A stretch of 63,476 bases of DNA, the filler included, from Octopus bimaculoides (Eukaryota): the NCBI RefSeq assembly GCF_001194135.2. It is 4 parts of 4 records of this genome, joined end to end, with 100 filler letters (N's around TTAATTAATTAA, not from the genome) between each part and the next. Parts side by side here need not be neighbours in the genome. Positions count along the whole stretch, not along the records: positions 1 to 22,470 come from NC_068991.1; positions 22,571 to 48,477 come from NC_068989.1; 2 more parts are not named here. One strand, given 5' to 3'. Positions 13,901 to 26,335 of the stretch are shown piece by piece. Under the pieces are notes generated by a model. The model searched no databases and was not told where the DNA came from. It worked only from the letters and a program-made list of their open reading frames with translations. Positions within the stretch are counted from its first letter, which is position 1. The number at the start of each line of letters is the position of its first letter. Position numbers and translations under genes: made by a program.

Positions 13901-14289
13901 GACAGCGATTTAAACAGAGCATACACAGAATAGTCGTGGCAGGCTCTTCTTCCAGACCCAGCAACAAGACGCCATTTTAGTTAGCTACGTATACTACTAG
14001 CTTCCCAAGTCTTTTAATCTCATTCTATTACATTTCTGTACCGTATTTCCCAAGCATACAAGTCGACGCAGTATAAAGCGTAGACATATAGTGTATACAT
14101 TCAGATATCACCACTATCTTTCCATATCCTGCTGCAGTTTTGATCCTCCAATTTTGTTTTGGTGTATAAGTCGACCTAGTTTTTATAGCTATAATTATTA
14201 GTTTGAAAAATTCGATTTGTTTGCCGGAAAATACGGTAACTACAATAACTTAAACCCGCTTCTAACTTCTAGTTCCTTAATCTCATCGG

Positions 14290-14500
14290 GGCTTAGGGTG
14301 GTGAGCTGGCAAAATCGTTTGCACGCCGGACAAAATGCTCAGCGTTATTTTGTCTATCGCTTCGTTCTGAGCTCAAATTCTGCCGAGATCGACTTTGCCT
14401 TTCATCCTTTCAAGGTCGCTAAAATAAGTATCAGTTGAACACTGGGGTCGAAGTAATCTCCTTTCCTGAAACTGCTGGCCTTGTACCAGAATGTGAAACC
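14290..14500 (+). mobile_element. SINE family B
   Basis: GGTGAGCTGGCAAAATCG...GAGCTCAAATTCTGCCGAGATCGACTTTGCCTTTCATCC. Confidence 0.85.
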
Positions 14501-14997
14501 AATATCATCAGAGGTGTCTTGAATTAAGCTTTGTACAACCCAGTAACTTGCCGGGACTCATACTTAGAACATTTTCAATTTCACGCGCTAGAGATCAGAT
14601 CTACTTCATTAATAATATATTATTAATACACTATTATAAGGATTATAAACCACAACATTAAACCATTACTAATCTTCTATAAAAGATGTATCTCAAATGT
14701 CAAACAAGCTATAAATAATAGCTGATAACATATAGGATTAAGAACTCCTTACACAGAAGAAAAAGAAGTTGGAAAGTTACCTGTGTGACTTGAACCCATA
14801 TCTACTGTAACCCAACGAATATGCGTAATTTGTGTCCCACGGGTAACTTACCACCTTTTTTCTCACGTCTTTCATCCCTTCGGAATCGAAATATATTAAG
14901 TACCAATCAAGCTGGGAAGTTAATACTATCAACTAACCCCTCCCCTCAAAGTTGCTGCCTTGTATTTAAATTAGAAACAATTATCATTACCAGTATG

Positions 14998-15215
14998 TGA
15001 GGGCGGTGAGCTGAAGGAATTGTAGCACGCCGGGTAAAATGCTTAACAATATTTCGTCCGTCTGTACGTTGTGAGATCAACTTCCGCCGAGATCGACTTT
15101 GCCTTTCATCCTTTCAGAGACAGTAAGTTAAGTACCATTGAAACACTGGGTCTATTTATTTGACTCAACCCCTTCCTCAAATTTCAGGCATTGTGCCTAT
15201 AAAAGTAAGGATTAT
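14998..15215 (+). mobile_element. SINE family B
   Basis: GGCGGTGAGCTG...GCCGAGATCGACTTTGCCTTTCATCC...GGCATTGTGCC, with an ATTATTA tail abutting the Chapaev-like TIR. Confidence 0.8.
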
Positions 15216-15217
15216 TA

Positions 15218-17317
15218 CACTGGTTTACAAAAATGCATTTTTGCTCTGAAGCAAGGATGTGGATAGATGATTTTTTCACTAATTTTGACGTGGTGAATTC
15301 AATTTTCTGAACAGTTTTGCTCCATCACCTCTAGAATTTTGGTTTTCACATATCCCATTTTAATTATACTGCATATGAATTCAAGATATAATGCGTTTAT
15401 TTCATCTGTTACAAAGGCATATTACAGAAAATAAACAGCATAGATACAGAACATTGATGGAACTCAGTTACTTGGATAATACAATACACACAAATCATAG
15501 TACAGCAGACAGTTAGAAGTGTGTTTTTGGACGACCTTGTGTACTTTGCCTCCGGGATGTCACGCAAGGGCATCCAGAAAAAGTCCTCCATCATGCTGGT
15601 GTTCAACTTATCTTGGTAGTTACTCTCCATCTTAGTAATATTTTGGTGGAACCTTCCTCCATGCTCATTACTCACTACTCCGAGCTTCAGATAGGAAGAA
15701 GTTGAGGTGGGAATGGAGAAAGTGAATTTTGAGTGACATCCGGTATCCCATATCCTTACGAGAGTGTAACAACTTCTCGATACACTCTTGGTAATCTAGT
15801 ACCCGTGTGTTACCAAGGAAGCCATGGCAGACTGACTTAAATGCTTCCCATACTCTCAGTTCCTTTAAGGTAAGAAGTTCCTCTCAAAATCCATACCTTT
15901 CAGCACTTCTCGGATCTGAGGTCCGACGAAGATGCCCTCCTTGAGCTTAGTAAAATTCAGAGCTGAGAACAGAGTTCACAAATGTTGGAAAGTAGCGCCA
16001 TTTTTGTCCATGGCCTTCACGAAATTCTTCATTAAACCAAGCTTGATATGAAGAGGAGGAAGAAGCACCTTGTTCATGTCTACCAGAGGATTTTCTTGGA
16101 CACTGTGTTCAATCCCCAGTCCTTCTGCTTGTAGTGCTTGGGCACAGCCTGACTGTCCCAGAGACAGAGAAAGTAACAATACTTTGTGAAGCCCGCTTGT
16201 TTACCCATAAGGATCCTAATGACATTGAGGTCCCCGCAGAGACTACACTGGTACTGGTAACTTCCAAAAGGAGCTCCATATTGTCATACGACTCCTTCAG
16301 ATGGGCTGAGTAGGCAATGGAAAATGCTGGGGTATTTATTCCCATTGTGCAGGAGTACAGCCTTCAGACTTCGCTTGGAAGAGTCTATGAAAAGACGCCA
16401 GTCTGAGGGATTGTGTGGGAAATCAAGGAAGGTGAACAAGTCAGAGACATCTGTGTAGTAGCACAACCTGTTTTCCATGTCGGAAAATGAAGCAAAGCCC
16501 TGGTTCCGTGTCCTGAAACTGCTTAAGCCCGAAATGCCAGAAACTCTGATTGCTGCTTAGACAGATACAAACCACGGGTAAGGTCATCTAGGTCTTCCTG
16601 CGTGATCCAGTGGGGCTCATTACCACTTGCTGCTGAATAAACAGAGACATTGTCTTCAGAAGAGATCGACTTGGAAGAATCTTCCCCTGAAGGCATTTCT
16701 TCATTTGATAAAGGAAGAATATTCTTATTTGCTGGGGTTGTATGGACACTTATCTGAGTGGGGAACAGGTCTCATAGGTGAGGTTGAGATATTTAATCTT
16801 TTTTCTAGAAGAAGTATTGAAACCTGTTATATTTGTTAGACAAAAATAACAATCATCTGCATGGCTTCGTGACTGTCTCCAGGCCAAAAGGGACAGCAAA
16901 GTGGAAGGCTTCTTTCTTGCCGTTAAAGCACGTTGTTAGTCCATTGTAGCAGGGCTTACAACAAATGTGTGAGGGCCAGGATTTGTCCTGATCTCCAATT
17001 TTACAGTCAAAATAATGAAAGTAAGCAGTTCTCAGAAGGGAAGTAATTGTTCGGCGCTGTGCAACTGTTGTGAAATCCCCACACACGTAGCAGAATGAAT
17101 TTGCCTTATTGATGCATCCTCGGTGTTTTGAAGTGCCTGAAACCATTTTAGAGATATGTATCATATGTATCGCAAAAATTTGGAAAACAAAATAAAAGTT
17201 GAGCACATATATGGTTACATGAATTGTCGCAAAATTATAATGATGTATATCTCAAAAACTAGAGGTGATGAGTGAAAACTGGTTTTGTATCTGAAATCAG
17301 CACCTCAAAATTACCCT
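15218..17317 (-). mobile_element. Chapaev3-like DNA transposon (CMC/Transib/RAG1-related), decayed
   Basis: Terminus TTA|CACTGGTTTACAAAAA at 15218. Imperfect inverted subterminal blocks at 15281-15340 and 17254-17312. Transposase relic as in the next feature. Confidence 0.8.
15520..17146 (-). pseudogene. Chapaev3-type DDE transposase pseudogene with multiple frameshifts and stops
   Basis: In order: N-terminal Zn finger CINKANSFCYVCG..GDQDKSWPSHICCKPC, DDCYFC, WRLFIDSSKRSLKAVLLHNGN, HLKESYDNMELLL, CGDL..GFTKYCYFLCLWDS, LLPPLHIKLGLMKNFVKAM, KLKEGIFVGPQIR, RMSLKIHFLHSHL, NEHGGRFHQ..YQ. Confidence 0.85.
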
Positions 17318-17665
17318 ACTGTTTATACCTCGCTCAGAGATTTTTTATTGCTTGTTTCCACTTTTTCGAGATCAGTGACTTTTCGTCACTGGAAAAAGGA
17401 TATATATATTTGCATTTGAAACCACTTCATATCGCCAACCGGTGATTGTCACACGCTGATGACGGGTCAATACCCAGAAACTCGGGTCCGTGTGTATCAC
17501 GTCAGGCTGGAGATGGGAAGGGTGACTTCCCTTTGCAAATACTGATAGGGCACAGAAAGTGTGTCAATAGCCAGCTGGAGGAGATGTCTTCCTGGGGTTA
17601 CAAGGTACAATTGCATCAACCCTGAAGGGTTAGCCACATTTAAGTGACAAATACACTTCACAACT
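17318..17665 (+). mobile_element. Probable Penelope-like element LTR remnant
   Basis: Non-microsatellite segment that replaces the Chapaev 5' TIR and carries a minimal type I hammerhead. Such ribozymes are a known hallmark of PLE pseudo-LTRs. Boundaries approximate. Confidence 0.45.
17442..17500 (+). ncRNA. Minimal type I hammerhead ribozyme motif
   Basis: Stem I CACACG/CGTGTG (extended by GTGAT/ATCAC), core CTGATGA 17456-62, stem II GGGT-CAAT-ACCC with a C.A first pair, GAAAC 17477-81, loop TCGG, GTC triplet 17486-88. Confidence 0.75.
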
Positions 17666-17684
17666 ATTTTTATGTACATACATA

Positions 17685-18095
<411 letters not shown>

Positions 18096-18539
18096 AACCT
18101 GTGGGTTTGTTATTCCAAAAATAATCCAAAATGAATCTAAAACATATGTGAGATATTTTAAAGATCGACGCTCACGAAGCTGTAACTGGAGTCAAGTAAA
18201 TACGAGCAAATCTGTGAAATACAACGAATTTCGATCATAAGATAGATTGTTAACATTCGCACAGGGTTCCAAAATCCTGGAGAAGGTTCAATATTTTGCT
18301 AGTAAGTGTGTAAAAGTATGTCATTGAACCAAAAAGACGAATAGCAAAATCGACTCCCGCACAATTTGAACTTACAACGTAGATATAAAGCTAGTGATTG
18401 AAAATCATTGATTTTTATAGTGGTTTACTATATTATACTCGTCCCTCTCAGATAATTTCTGCCTGGTCTTAACACCTTTCACAAAACTGGAGTCGGTTGC
18501 AAATGCTATGCGAGGACAGTCAAACTCCCTGTATGTAGA

Positions 18540-19310
18540 ATACCTCAAAGTGTAAGCTGCAGACGATAGAGGGCTTGATATGACATGCGATTTAGAGAAA
18601 TGCGCCAAGCAATCTTAAAGATATGAAAGAAAATAAGATATTAATATCATATTAACGAAACAGAAATAAGAGACTTAGTCAAAACAAAGACTTATGAATA
18701 CTTAAGAATTAATGAACTCGGCAGAGTGCAGAACAGACAGATGAGAGGAAAGGTTAGGTATGAATATTATAGACGCATTAGATTAATACTTTAAATGCAA
18801 CAGAAATATTATATTTAGCACGAATTAAAGAAGCTAGATGTATTTGGCGACTGGAAAATCTTATTATAAATTATCCACTGTAGGCCTACAGAAATATCTA
18901 AAAAGGAATAAGTGGAAAATATCATAAATAGATATAAAACACGAACAAAACAAAGAACTGCTTTTCTGTTTTTAAGAAAGCCAACAAATACAAAAGAGAA
19001 GCTGAGGTAAGCTGAGACAGTTCGGTAGAGAAGGAAGAAACAACAGAAATTATTAAACGACTAAGAACTTAAGCGAAAATAGGATTATAAAATGTCATGC
19101 TAAGAAGTCGAAGAGAAATGATGGTGCATGGCCAATAACCGCCATGATTGAACAAAGAGAAGAAAAAAAGGATGAATATAAGAAACACTTACACCGACTG
19201 AGAGATAGAAGACTTAAACTTAAAGCTAAGACTGAAAGATTTGTGAGACTGTGGTTCATAGCGAAAGCCTTCCTATCAGAAACTATTAAAACATGAAATG
19301 AAGCAGAATA
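18540..19310 (+). mobile_element. R4/Dong-type (REL clade) non-LTR retrotransposon ORF remnant
   Basis: GLDMTCDLEKCAK (cf. FGLxKC), TYEYLRINE..RGKVRYEYYRRIRLIL (cf. YKYLG..EYxRR), VHGQ and LKAKTERFV (cf. LKxETEG). Many stops. Confidence 0.65.
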
Positions 19311-19379
19311 CAAATTGTAACTTCAGAATATGTAGGATGACTATGGAAAGGATTAAAAATAGATGCATAGGTATCGTTT

Positions 19380-19700
19380 TCGCTATCAAACCTCACATTC
19401 AAGTTATTTCTATTTTCAGATATCTAAATGTTGGTAATCACTCAGTTTCTTTTTAGGGATAAAATATTATCTCCTGAGACTGATACTTTGCTTGGGAATA
19501 ACTTACTTTCTTGGTGGTCCGTGATAGCAATATCTGGTCCATTTTTCTTAATCCTTTTGTCTTTATCATTTGTACGCTCTAGTGTGTAACAACTTTGTCA
19601 TTTTCGGGGATCTTTTGTAATATATGTTTATACCATCTCTTTTATGTTCGGAATTTCATAATACCTATTATTGAGAAAGTATCCAAATTTAATTATCTAA
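19380..19700 (-). mobile_element. Highly decayed REL endonuclease fragment
   Basis: Reverse translation KNGPDIAITDHQESK..VSVSGDNN..KLSDYQHL resembles NRPDIV..D.SVP.D.N..KLSKYKDL. Confidence 0.45.
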
Positions 19701-20269
19701 ATGTAGACATCTATTGAATGTGAGATTTGAACGTAGAAACAATAGCTATGACATAGGCAAAGATTGAAAATAAATGCAAGTAAATACATAACCACAATCT
19801 TCAGGATTTACACGCATGCACAACGTATAGAAAATAATACTCCACACATATTGAGTACTTTTAATACAACAGAAAGCACACAAATAAAACACAATAACAA
19901 TAAGACCTTGAAGCAGTGACGATGGCGATGATGATGATGATGATGTGGGTTTGATGAAGGTTTCTTGGAAACAAAACCATAATGTTTCAAGGCGGTAGGG
20001 ATGGAATATGAACGATATTCTTGAGTTTCTAAGAAATACTAACCGTATGTGAATTGGTTTCAATCGAGAAGCGAACCCGGCTTGCAGAATTGGACCGTCA
20101 AGAAATTTAATTTTAATTATGCCCTTCAAATTATTTTGTTTCTTTTTTACCTTTTCTTTTGTAGTACACATAGCACAACCCGTATATTACGGAGGAAACC
20201 AAATTGGAAGTTGTGATGTTTATGCCTTTCCAGCGTAAACGAAGAAATAGGTTCACATAGAGAACTTAC

Positions 20270-20354
20270 CTTTTCTTTTCTTGCGGGAGTGGGGATTCAA
20301 AAGTTCATTTAGAGCTTTTACATTTGTGTTTGAGATTATGGTTGATGTTAGGAG
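20270..20354 (-). CDS. Candidate orphan exon of unknown product
   Basis: Acceptor tttcccactatctgcgcag, donor AAG|gtaagt, 85-nt open frame LLTSTIISNTNVKALNELLNPHSRKKRK. No recognisable homology or partner exon. Confidence 0.22.
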
Positions 20355-20791
20355 CTGCGCAGATAGTGGGAAATAATTTAACAACCAAATCAGAAGTCGA
20401 AGGTTCGTATACTGCTACTAACATTCCGTATTGTCTCTATGATCCACCGAGTAGCCCAACCTTCAAAATCGTGAAGTTTAGTATTTTTCATTGTGAGAAG
20501 CCAATTCTCCCCTGGAAGAGAGGATGAATGTGAAGATTCAAAGGAATGAGGCGAATAATTTGATGGTAATAAGCTAGTTAACAGTTCCCATGCATATCTG
20601 TTACAAGTTAATAATTCATGAGATGCACGCAGGACTGCAAGAATCTAAATAACGTATCTGTTCATTCTTAATACGTTTTGTAGGTTCGGAAGTGAATATG
20701 CTGACCGCTATTGATTTTCGTCCCCGGAGAATATCTCTTCCCTTTAGAAAATGTGTGTTCTTAACCCATGTGATTCATTGATATAAGGGGA

Positions 20792-20842
20792 CTTTGAAAC
20801 AGCGCAGCGTTTCGACCTTATTAAGTGTCTTCTCAGACAAAG
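20792..20842 (-). ncRNA. Degenerate hammerhead-like motif
   Basis: Reverse strand CTTTGT-CTGAGAA-GAC(ACTTAATAAG)GTC-GAAAC-GCTGCGCT-GTT-TCAAAG. The core deviates from CUGANGA and the first stem I pair is mismatched. Confidence 0.35.
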
Positions 20843-21444
20843 CTACTCTCGGATCAATTCATCTAACAAGAGTACGTACCTGTTGATTCTCAGAGAGTTC
20901 TGTCAGAGTTGAACGTGATTTTCGACTGCCAGTTATAAGCAATAAAATGATCGTGAAATGGCACAGTGACGGTAATAATCTACTACCGGTCCATAGAAAT
21001 CTCGGCTGCAAGTTATATGCAAGAAAATAATTTCACATGTTAATGTGACACTCATGAAAATATAACTTTATAGTTGTAATACGATGGTAAGGATATACTT
21101 AATATCCTCTCCACATTTATAGATACCAATGCATATTGCTAAACCCGCTGGATAACATTTTTCTCTTCTCTATCATTTGTAGACACCTATCCAAGAATAT
21201 AAAAAAACATTTTGACTTAGCCAAAGCAAACAGGCTATATTCTTCCTTCTCACTTGGATTGTTTAAATGTAGTTACAACAGGAATATGTCCTTCTACTGA
21301 AATGAAATTTCAGTAAATTTTCTGTATCTTTGTGCAGCTGAAGATTGCTCTGCATTTTACATTCAATGTAATGCTCGCATTGCTTAAATAAATGGAGTCG
21401 CATGAAACGATCGTACTGCAGTAACCTTGAATATCCTTGTTGCT

Positions 21445-21476
<32 letters not shown>

Positions 21477-22319
21477 NNNNNNNNNNNNNNNNNNNNNNNN
21501 NNNNNNNNNNNNNNNNNNNNNNNNNNNNNNNNNNNNNNNNNNNNNNNNNNNNNNNNNNNNNNNNNNNNNNNNNNNNNNNNNNNNNNNNNNNNNNNNNNNN
21601 NNNNNNNNNNNNNNNNNNNNNNNNNNNNNNNNNNNNNNNNNNNNATATATATACTATATATACTATATGTACACACTCACACATATTTGTGGTTTCTATA
21701 GCTCATAAAGAGTTTGGCAGTTTGTAATTTCTTTTCATAAAATTCACTGTATAATATAACATTATATTTTTATGTTTGTAATTACACATTCTATTTTATA
21801 AGTTCTTTATATTTTATATTTTTATACATCTGTATATTTTTTTATATACTTTTTAGTGTTTATAATTTATAGATATTTTTTGACAATTTATAAGGTCTTT
21901 TTGTATAATTTACTGGATATGGGAATTCTTATTTTATTATATTTTTTTAATCATACAATATATTCATTAAATTTCTACATACCTAAATTGGTTTAAGTAT
22001 TGTATCCGAATGTACTCCCTTATACATTTAGTATACGTTTAATTCAATTACCCCATCTATTGGATACCATTTTTTTCACGATATCTTATATTTATCCACC
22101 CGTAATGAAAAAATAGTTCTTATATTAGTTTAAAATATACTATGAATTTCTATTCATATGATAATTTAATTCCGTTATGCATTCATTATAGAATGTTTTT
22201 ATCACGATCTTCATTAGACTATGTTTAAAAAAAGTCTTAATATTTTTACTTATATATTAAAGTATTGCATTATTATGTTTTAAATTTAATTTCTATCCTT
22301 CTTATATGTATTGATTTAA

Positions 22320-22373
22320 ATGAACCTGGAACCATGTGGCTGGTAAGCAAGCTACTTACCACACAGCCACTCT
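22320..22373 (-). mobile_element. SINE family A head fragment
   Basis: TGAACCTGGAACCATGTGGCTGGTAAGCAAGCTACTTACCACACAGCCACTC. Confidence 0.8.
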
Positions 22374-22570
22374 CCTGATGACCCCATACACTTGCTGGCT
22401 TCCGGTATGCGGAATTCTTGACTGGTAGCACTTGCATGTGCAAGTTGTTTGCAAGACACACACACACACANNNNNNNNNNNNNNNNNNNNNNNNNNNNNN
22501 NNNNNNNNNNNNNNTTAATTAATTAANNNNNNNNNNNNNNNNNNNNNNNNNNNNNNNNNNNNNNNNNNNN

Positions 22571-22656
<86 letters not shown>

Positions 22657-24039
22657 CCCACACACACTCATCACACTCATATGTACATCATTTTAGGATT
22701 TATATGTGTAGATATGACAGATGAATGCAATCGCATTCTCTGGCCACTTCACTTAATTTCGAATCTTTTGTACCATAATACTGGTCATTCTCACATTTTA
22801 GCCAGATTCTTGTAATTTCATAAATTTAGTTACGAAGTCAGCTTCCAGTCTCCGTCTTGCGACTGGAACATGACTCTAAGGATTGACAATCTATTTAGGC
22901 AACTGATTCGTCAATAATCGCAACTTCTTTCATGGAAGGAGATTTGAAACTGACTATTTAGAGAGTAATCTGTAAAAAAAGAAATTGGTGTGATGGAAGA
23001 AAATTGACCGTAGTTTTGATATTATCATGACAATTTTACTTACAATAAAATGAAAAATTGAACTCAACGGAAATTATGTTCAAAATTATTCACTAGTGTA
23101 ATGGAAATGATTGGTATAACTACAAAAATAACTAGCAACTTAAATTAAATTAAATTCAAATTACTTTAAAACGCTTAAGTATATTTTCAAAAGATTATAT
23201 TTTGTGAAAACAGCCTGATGAAATTCCAATCAACAAAAATCTTCTGCTTAAATTTTCTTTTCTTAATTTCTTTGTTTTGTCGCTTTATGTCTAGATATTG
23301 TTTAATACCCCTAAATATATATTGCTGGAGATATTTTTAGTTATCACTTTGGAAAAAGAGATATTTTCATTGTTTTATTTCTTTTTCTTTCTTTCCTTTT
23401 ATTTTTTGATCGGATCTAATGCATACAGATTATATTGTTAAAAGAATACTTATAGATTTAGCGGTACAATAGTTGTTGTCTCACATTTAAAATCTGATTA
23501 AATTAAGCGTATTGCGAATACATTGTCTCTGCTTCCTTTCACCTACTTTTTAATTCTATCACAAGTATACACACACACACACACACACAGATATCTGGCT
23601 GTCTACCTATGTATTTATCTATATATCTATCTAACTTGATATGTATAAATACATATGTATATATATTATATTATATTATATATAATATAATATTACATAT
23701 ATATATATATATATATATGGAGAGATAGACAGAAAAAACATAAGGGAGAGATATGCATCTCTAAAATTTATTTGAAATTTTTTCTGCATATTAAATTCCA
23801 ACATATGATTCTGCTGTTTAAGTGTTTTAGGGTCCTTAGATGTGATAGTTCTGTGTACCTAATCGATTTATATTAAATCAATTATACTATAAATTCTGAT
23901 ACAATGATTGACATTTTTATACTCTATGAGAAAAGCTGATTACAAATGTTAAAAATATACGTACAAACACATTGACACACACACACACACGTTTCTACAT
24001 ACATATGTACGCATGTATTTCTACTTGTTAAGTCAATGT

Positions 24040-24598
24040 CTGTGTTCGTGTGTTACTAATAGACACGAAAACTACTGGACCGATCCTAATGAAATTTCGA
24101 ACACAAAATCCAAGCCTAGGAAGAAGGGTAATACCGCATGCTTTATAAAATTTTAGGAGGCATGGAGGGGGGTGAACTTTCCCCACCCCGTGAAAATTCA
24201 CATGCTTCGTATTTTAGTGACATTTGAACCATAGGTATTAGAAATAAATTTTAAAATATACCCAAAATTTACATTTCTTTGGATGATTCTAAGACCCGCT
24301 AATGGAGGTTTAACTTGCTAATTTTACTCATTTTTCATGGACCAAAATTACTGAATGGATTCTTATGACATTTGAAACTTAGATTCAATGCATAAGATGG
24401 GTATAATGCAGTATGTTTGAATTGAATTTGAGGGGGCTTAAACGGGGAAGAAGCGCCCATAGAAATTCATAAATCTCCGATGTTGATGAAATTTCCACCA
24501 TAGATAATTGATACACATCAAGAAGTATTCCCAAAAGTGTCCGCTTCTCATGAATTTTCTAAGACCCGCTAATAGGGGACTTAACTCCCAAATTTTAG

Positions 24599-24600
<2 letters not shown>
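24040..24600. mobile_element. Probable non-autonomous Helitron/Helentron (HINE-like) element
   Basis: GAAAACTACTGGACCGATCCTAATGAAATTT resembles HINE/DINE-1 conserved blocks. Internal repeat TTCTAAGACCCGCTAAT at ~24286 and ~24556. Confidence 0.4.
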
Positions 24601-24634
<34 letters not shown>

Positions 24635-24711
24635 TTATATTTTTATTTTCTCATTTTTATCTTATAGCTTATTTTCCCTATTACCGCAATCTTATTTTCT
24701 AATTCTTTCTC

Positions 24712-24769
<58 letters not shown>

Positions 24770-25080
24770 CGACCACTTTCAAAACCCATTTATGTCCATC
24801 ATACTTTCTCGCTCTATATACTTGTTTACAGTATGAATACATCATTCAAAATACTGCCAAAATGCTGCATGGATTTACCTGAGATTTTAACTAAAACCTG
24901 TATCTTCATGGAAGTACCGACCAACATACATATCCTCTGGAAAAGGAGTTGTAAAGATTATTCTCCTGCATATATTCTTTAACGACTTTTACTCTTTATT
25001 CTTCTATTGTATTCCTTTTAAAATGTGAAACTTATTCCATATAAACTGTAAATTTTCTCCATTTAAAATATTCTTACCTT

Positions 25081-25156
25081 GTCTCTGATGACGGGATACC
25101 TAGTGCACGGACATGCTAACCAATCACTTGCGTTATTCCAGAAACGGCTGTAAGAC
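25081..25156 (+). ncRNA. Minimal type I hammerhead ribozyme motif with enlarged stem II loop
   Basis: Stem I GTCT/AGAC, CTGATGA 25085-91, stem II GGGATA/TATTCC with a C.A first pair and a 35-nt loop, GAAAC 25141-45, loop GGCT, GTA triplet 25150-52. Confidence 0.6.
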
Positions 25157-25379
25157 TTCCAATTCACCGTACCCTAAATAAATTATTCTAAATTACTTGA
25201 GATACTCGTTCTGCTTTGGCTTTGATTTCTTTAATATAATATGTACTTGCTATAACGGAACCTAGCACGGATCCTTAGATATATCCTTGGCTATGATCTT
25301 AGAACCTAACGCTCGACCAACTATAGAACTTACCCAAGGTACCTATTCGTTTAGATCAAGTGAACTAAACCCATTATAT

Positions 25380-25423
<44 letters not shown>

Positions 25424-25774
25424 NNNNNNNNNNNNNNNNNNNNNNNNNNNNNNNNNNNNNNNNNNNNNNNNNNNNNNNNNNNNNNNNNNNNNNNNNNNNN
25501 NNNNNNNNNNNNNNNNNNNNNNNNNNNNNNNNNNNNNNNNNNNNNNNNNNNNNNNNNNNNNNNNNNNNNNNNNNNNNNNNNNNNNNNNNNNNNNNNNNNN
25601 NNNNNNNNNNNNNNNNNNNNNNNNNNNNNNNNNNNNNNNNNNNNNNNNNNNNNNNNNNNNNNNNNNNNNNNNNNNNNNNNNNNNNNNNNGAGTTTGTACC
25701 AATGCATATCCATATGCATACGATATATGACACGCACATTCTTTATTTTCACTCCCCGTTTCTTTTTGCTTTCC

Positions 25775-25811
25775 TTTCTGTGGAAGAGCGTAGGCTCGAA
25801 ACGTTAAAAAC
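25775..25811 (+). ncRNA. Degenerate hammerhead-like motif in a dispersed repeat
   Basis: TTT-CTGTGGA-A-GAGC(GTAG)GCTC-GAAAC-GTT-AAA. Good stem II and palindromic AACGTT, but a mutated core and only 3 bp of stem I. Confidence 0.3.
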
Positions 25812-25899
25812 TTTTTCACTTCTCGAGCGTTAAACTAATACTCTGCTTGTTGTCTACACCACCTGTCTACGTCTTTCGTTCTTTTGTGAATTCTCCCTT

Positions 25900-25951
<52 letters not shown>

Positions 25952-26006
25952 TGTATATATATATATTCACATACTTATACTTACATATAAGTAGATAAAT
26001 CGACAA

Positions 26007-26108
<102 letters not shown>

Positions 26109-26284
26109 GTGTGTGATGTAAATTTCGACGCCTTAAAGGCCACAATCTTCCAGACATATGCACACATGCATATTCTTCAGTCAATACGGTATTTCACGTA
26201 CCACTAACTTACATTCAAACACACATACACACGAACAGGCACACACACAGATATGCACATACGCACAGGAACTCACACACTCTC

Positions 26285-26335
<51 letters not shown>

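Noticed and set aside
21338-21392. Good acceptor (tttctgtatctttgtgcag) as an exon start
   Set aside because: The frames examined stop within about 18 codons, there is no convincing donor, and the peptides are not recognisable.
22515-22526. TTAATTAATTAA island inside an N gap (also 48522-48533 and 60747-60758)
   Set aside because: Each is flanked by exactly 44 N on both sides (100 bp total) and has stops in all six frames, so it is an assembler gap marker rather than biology.
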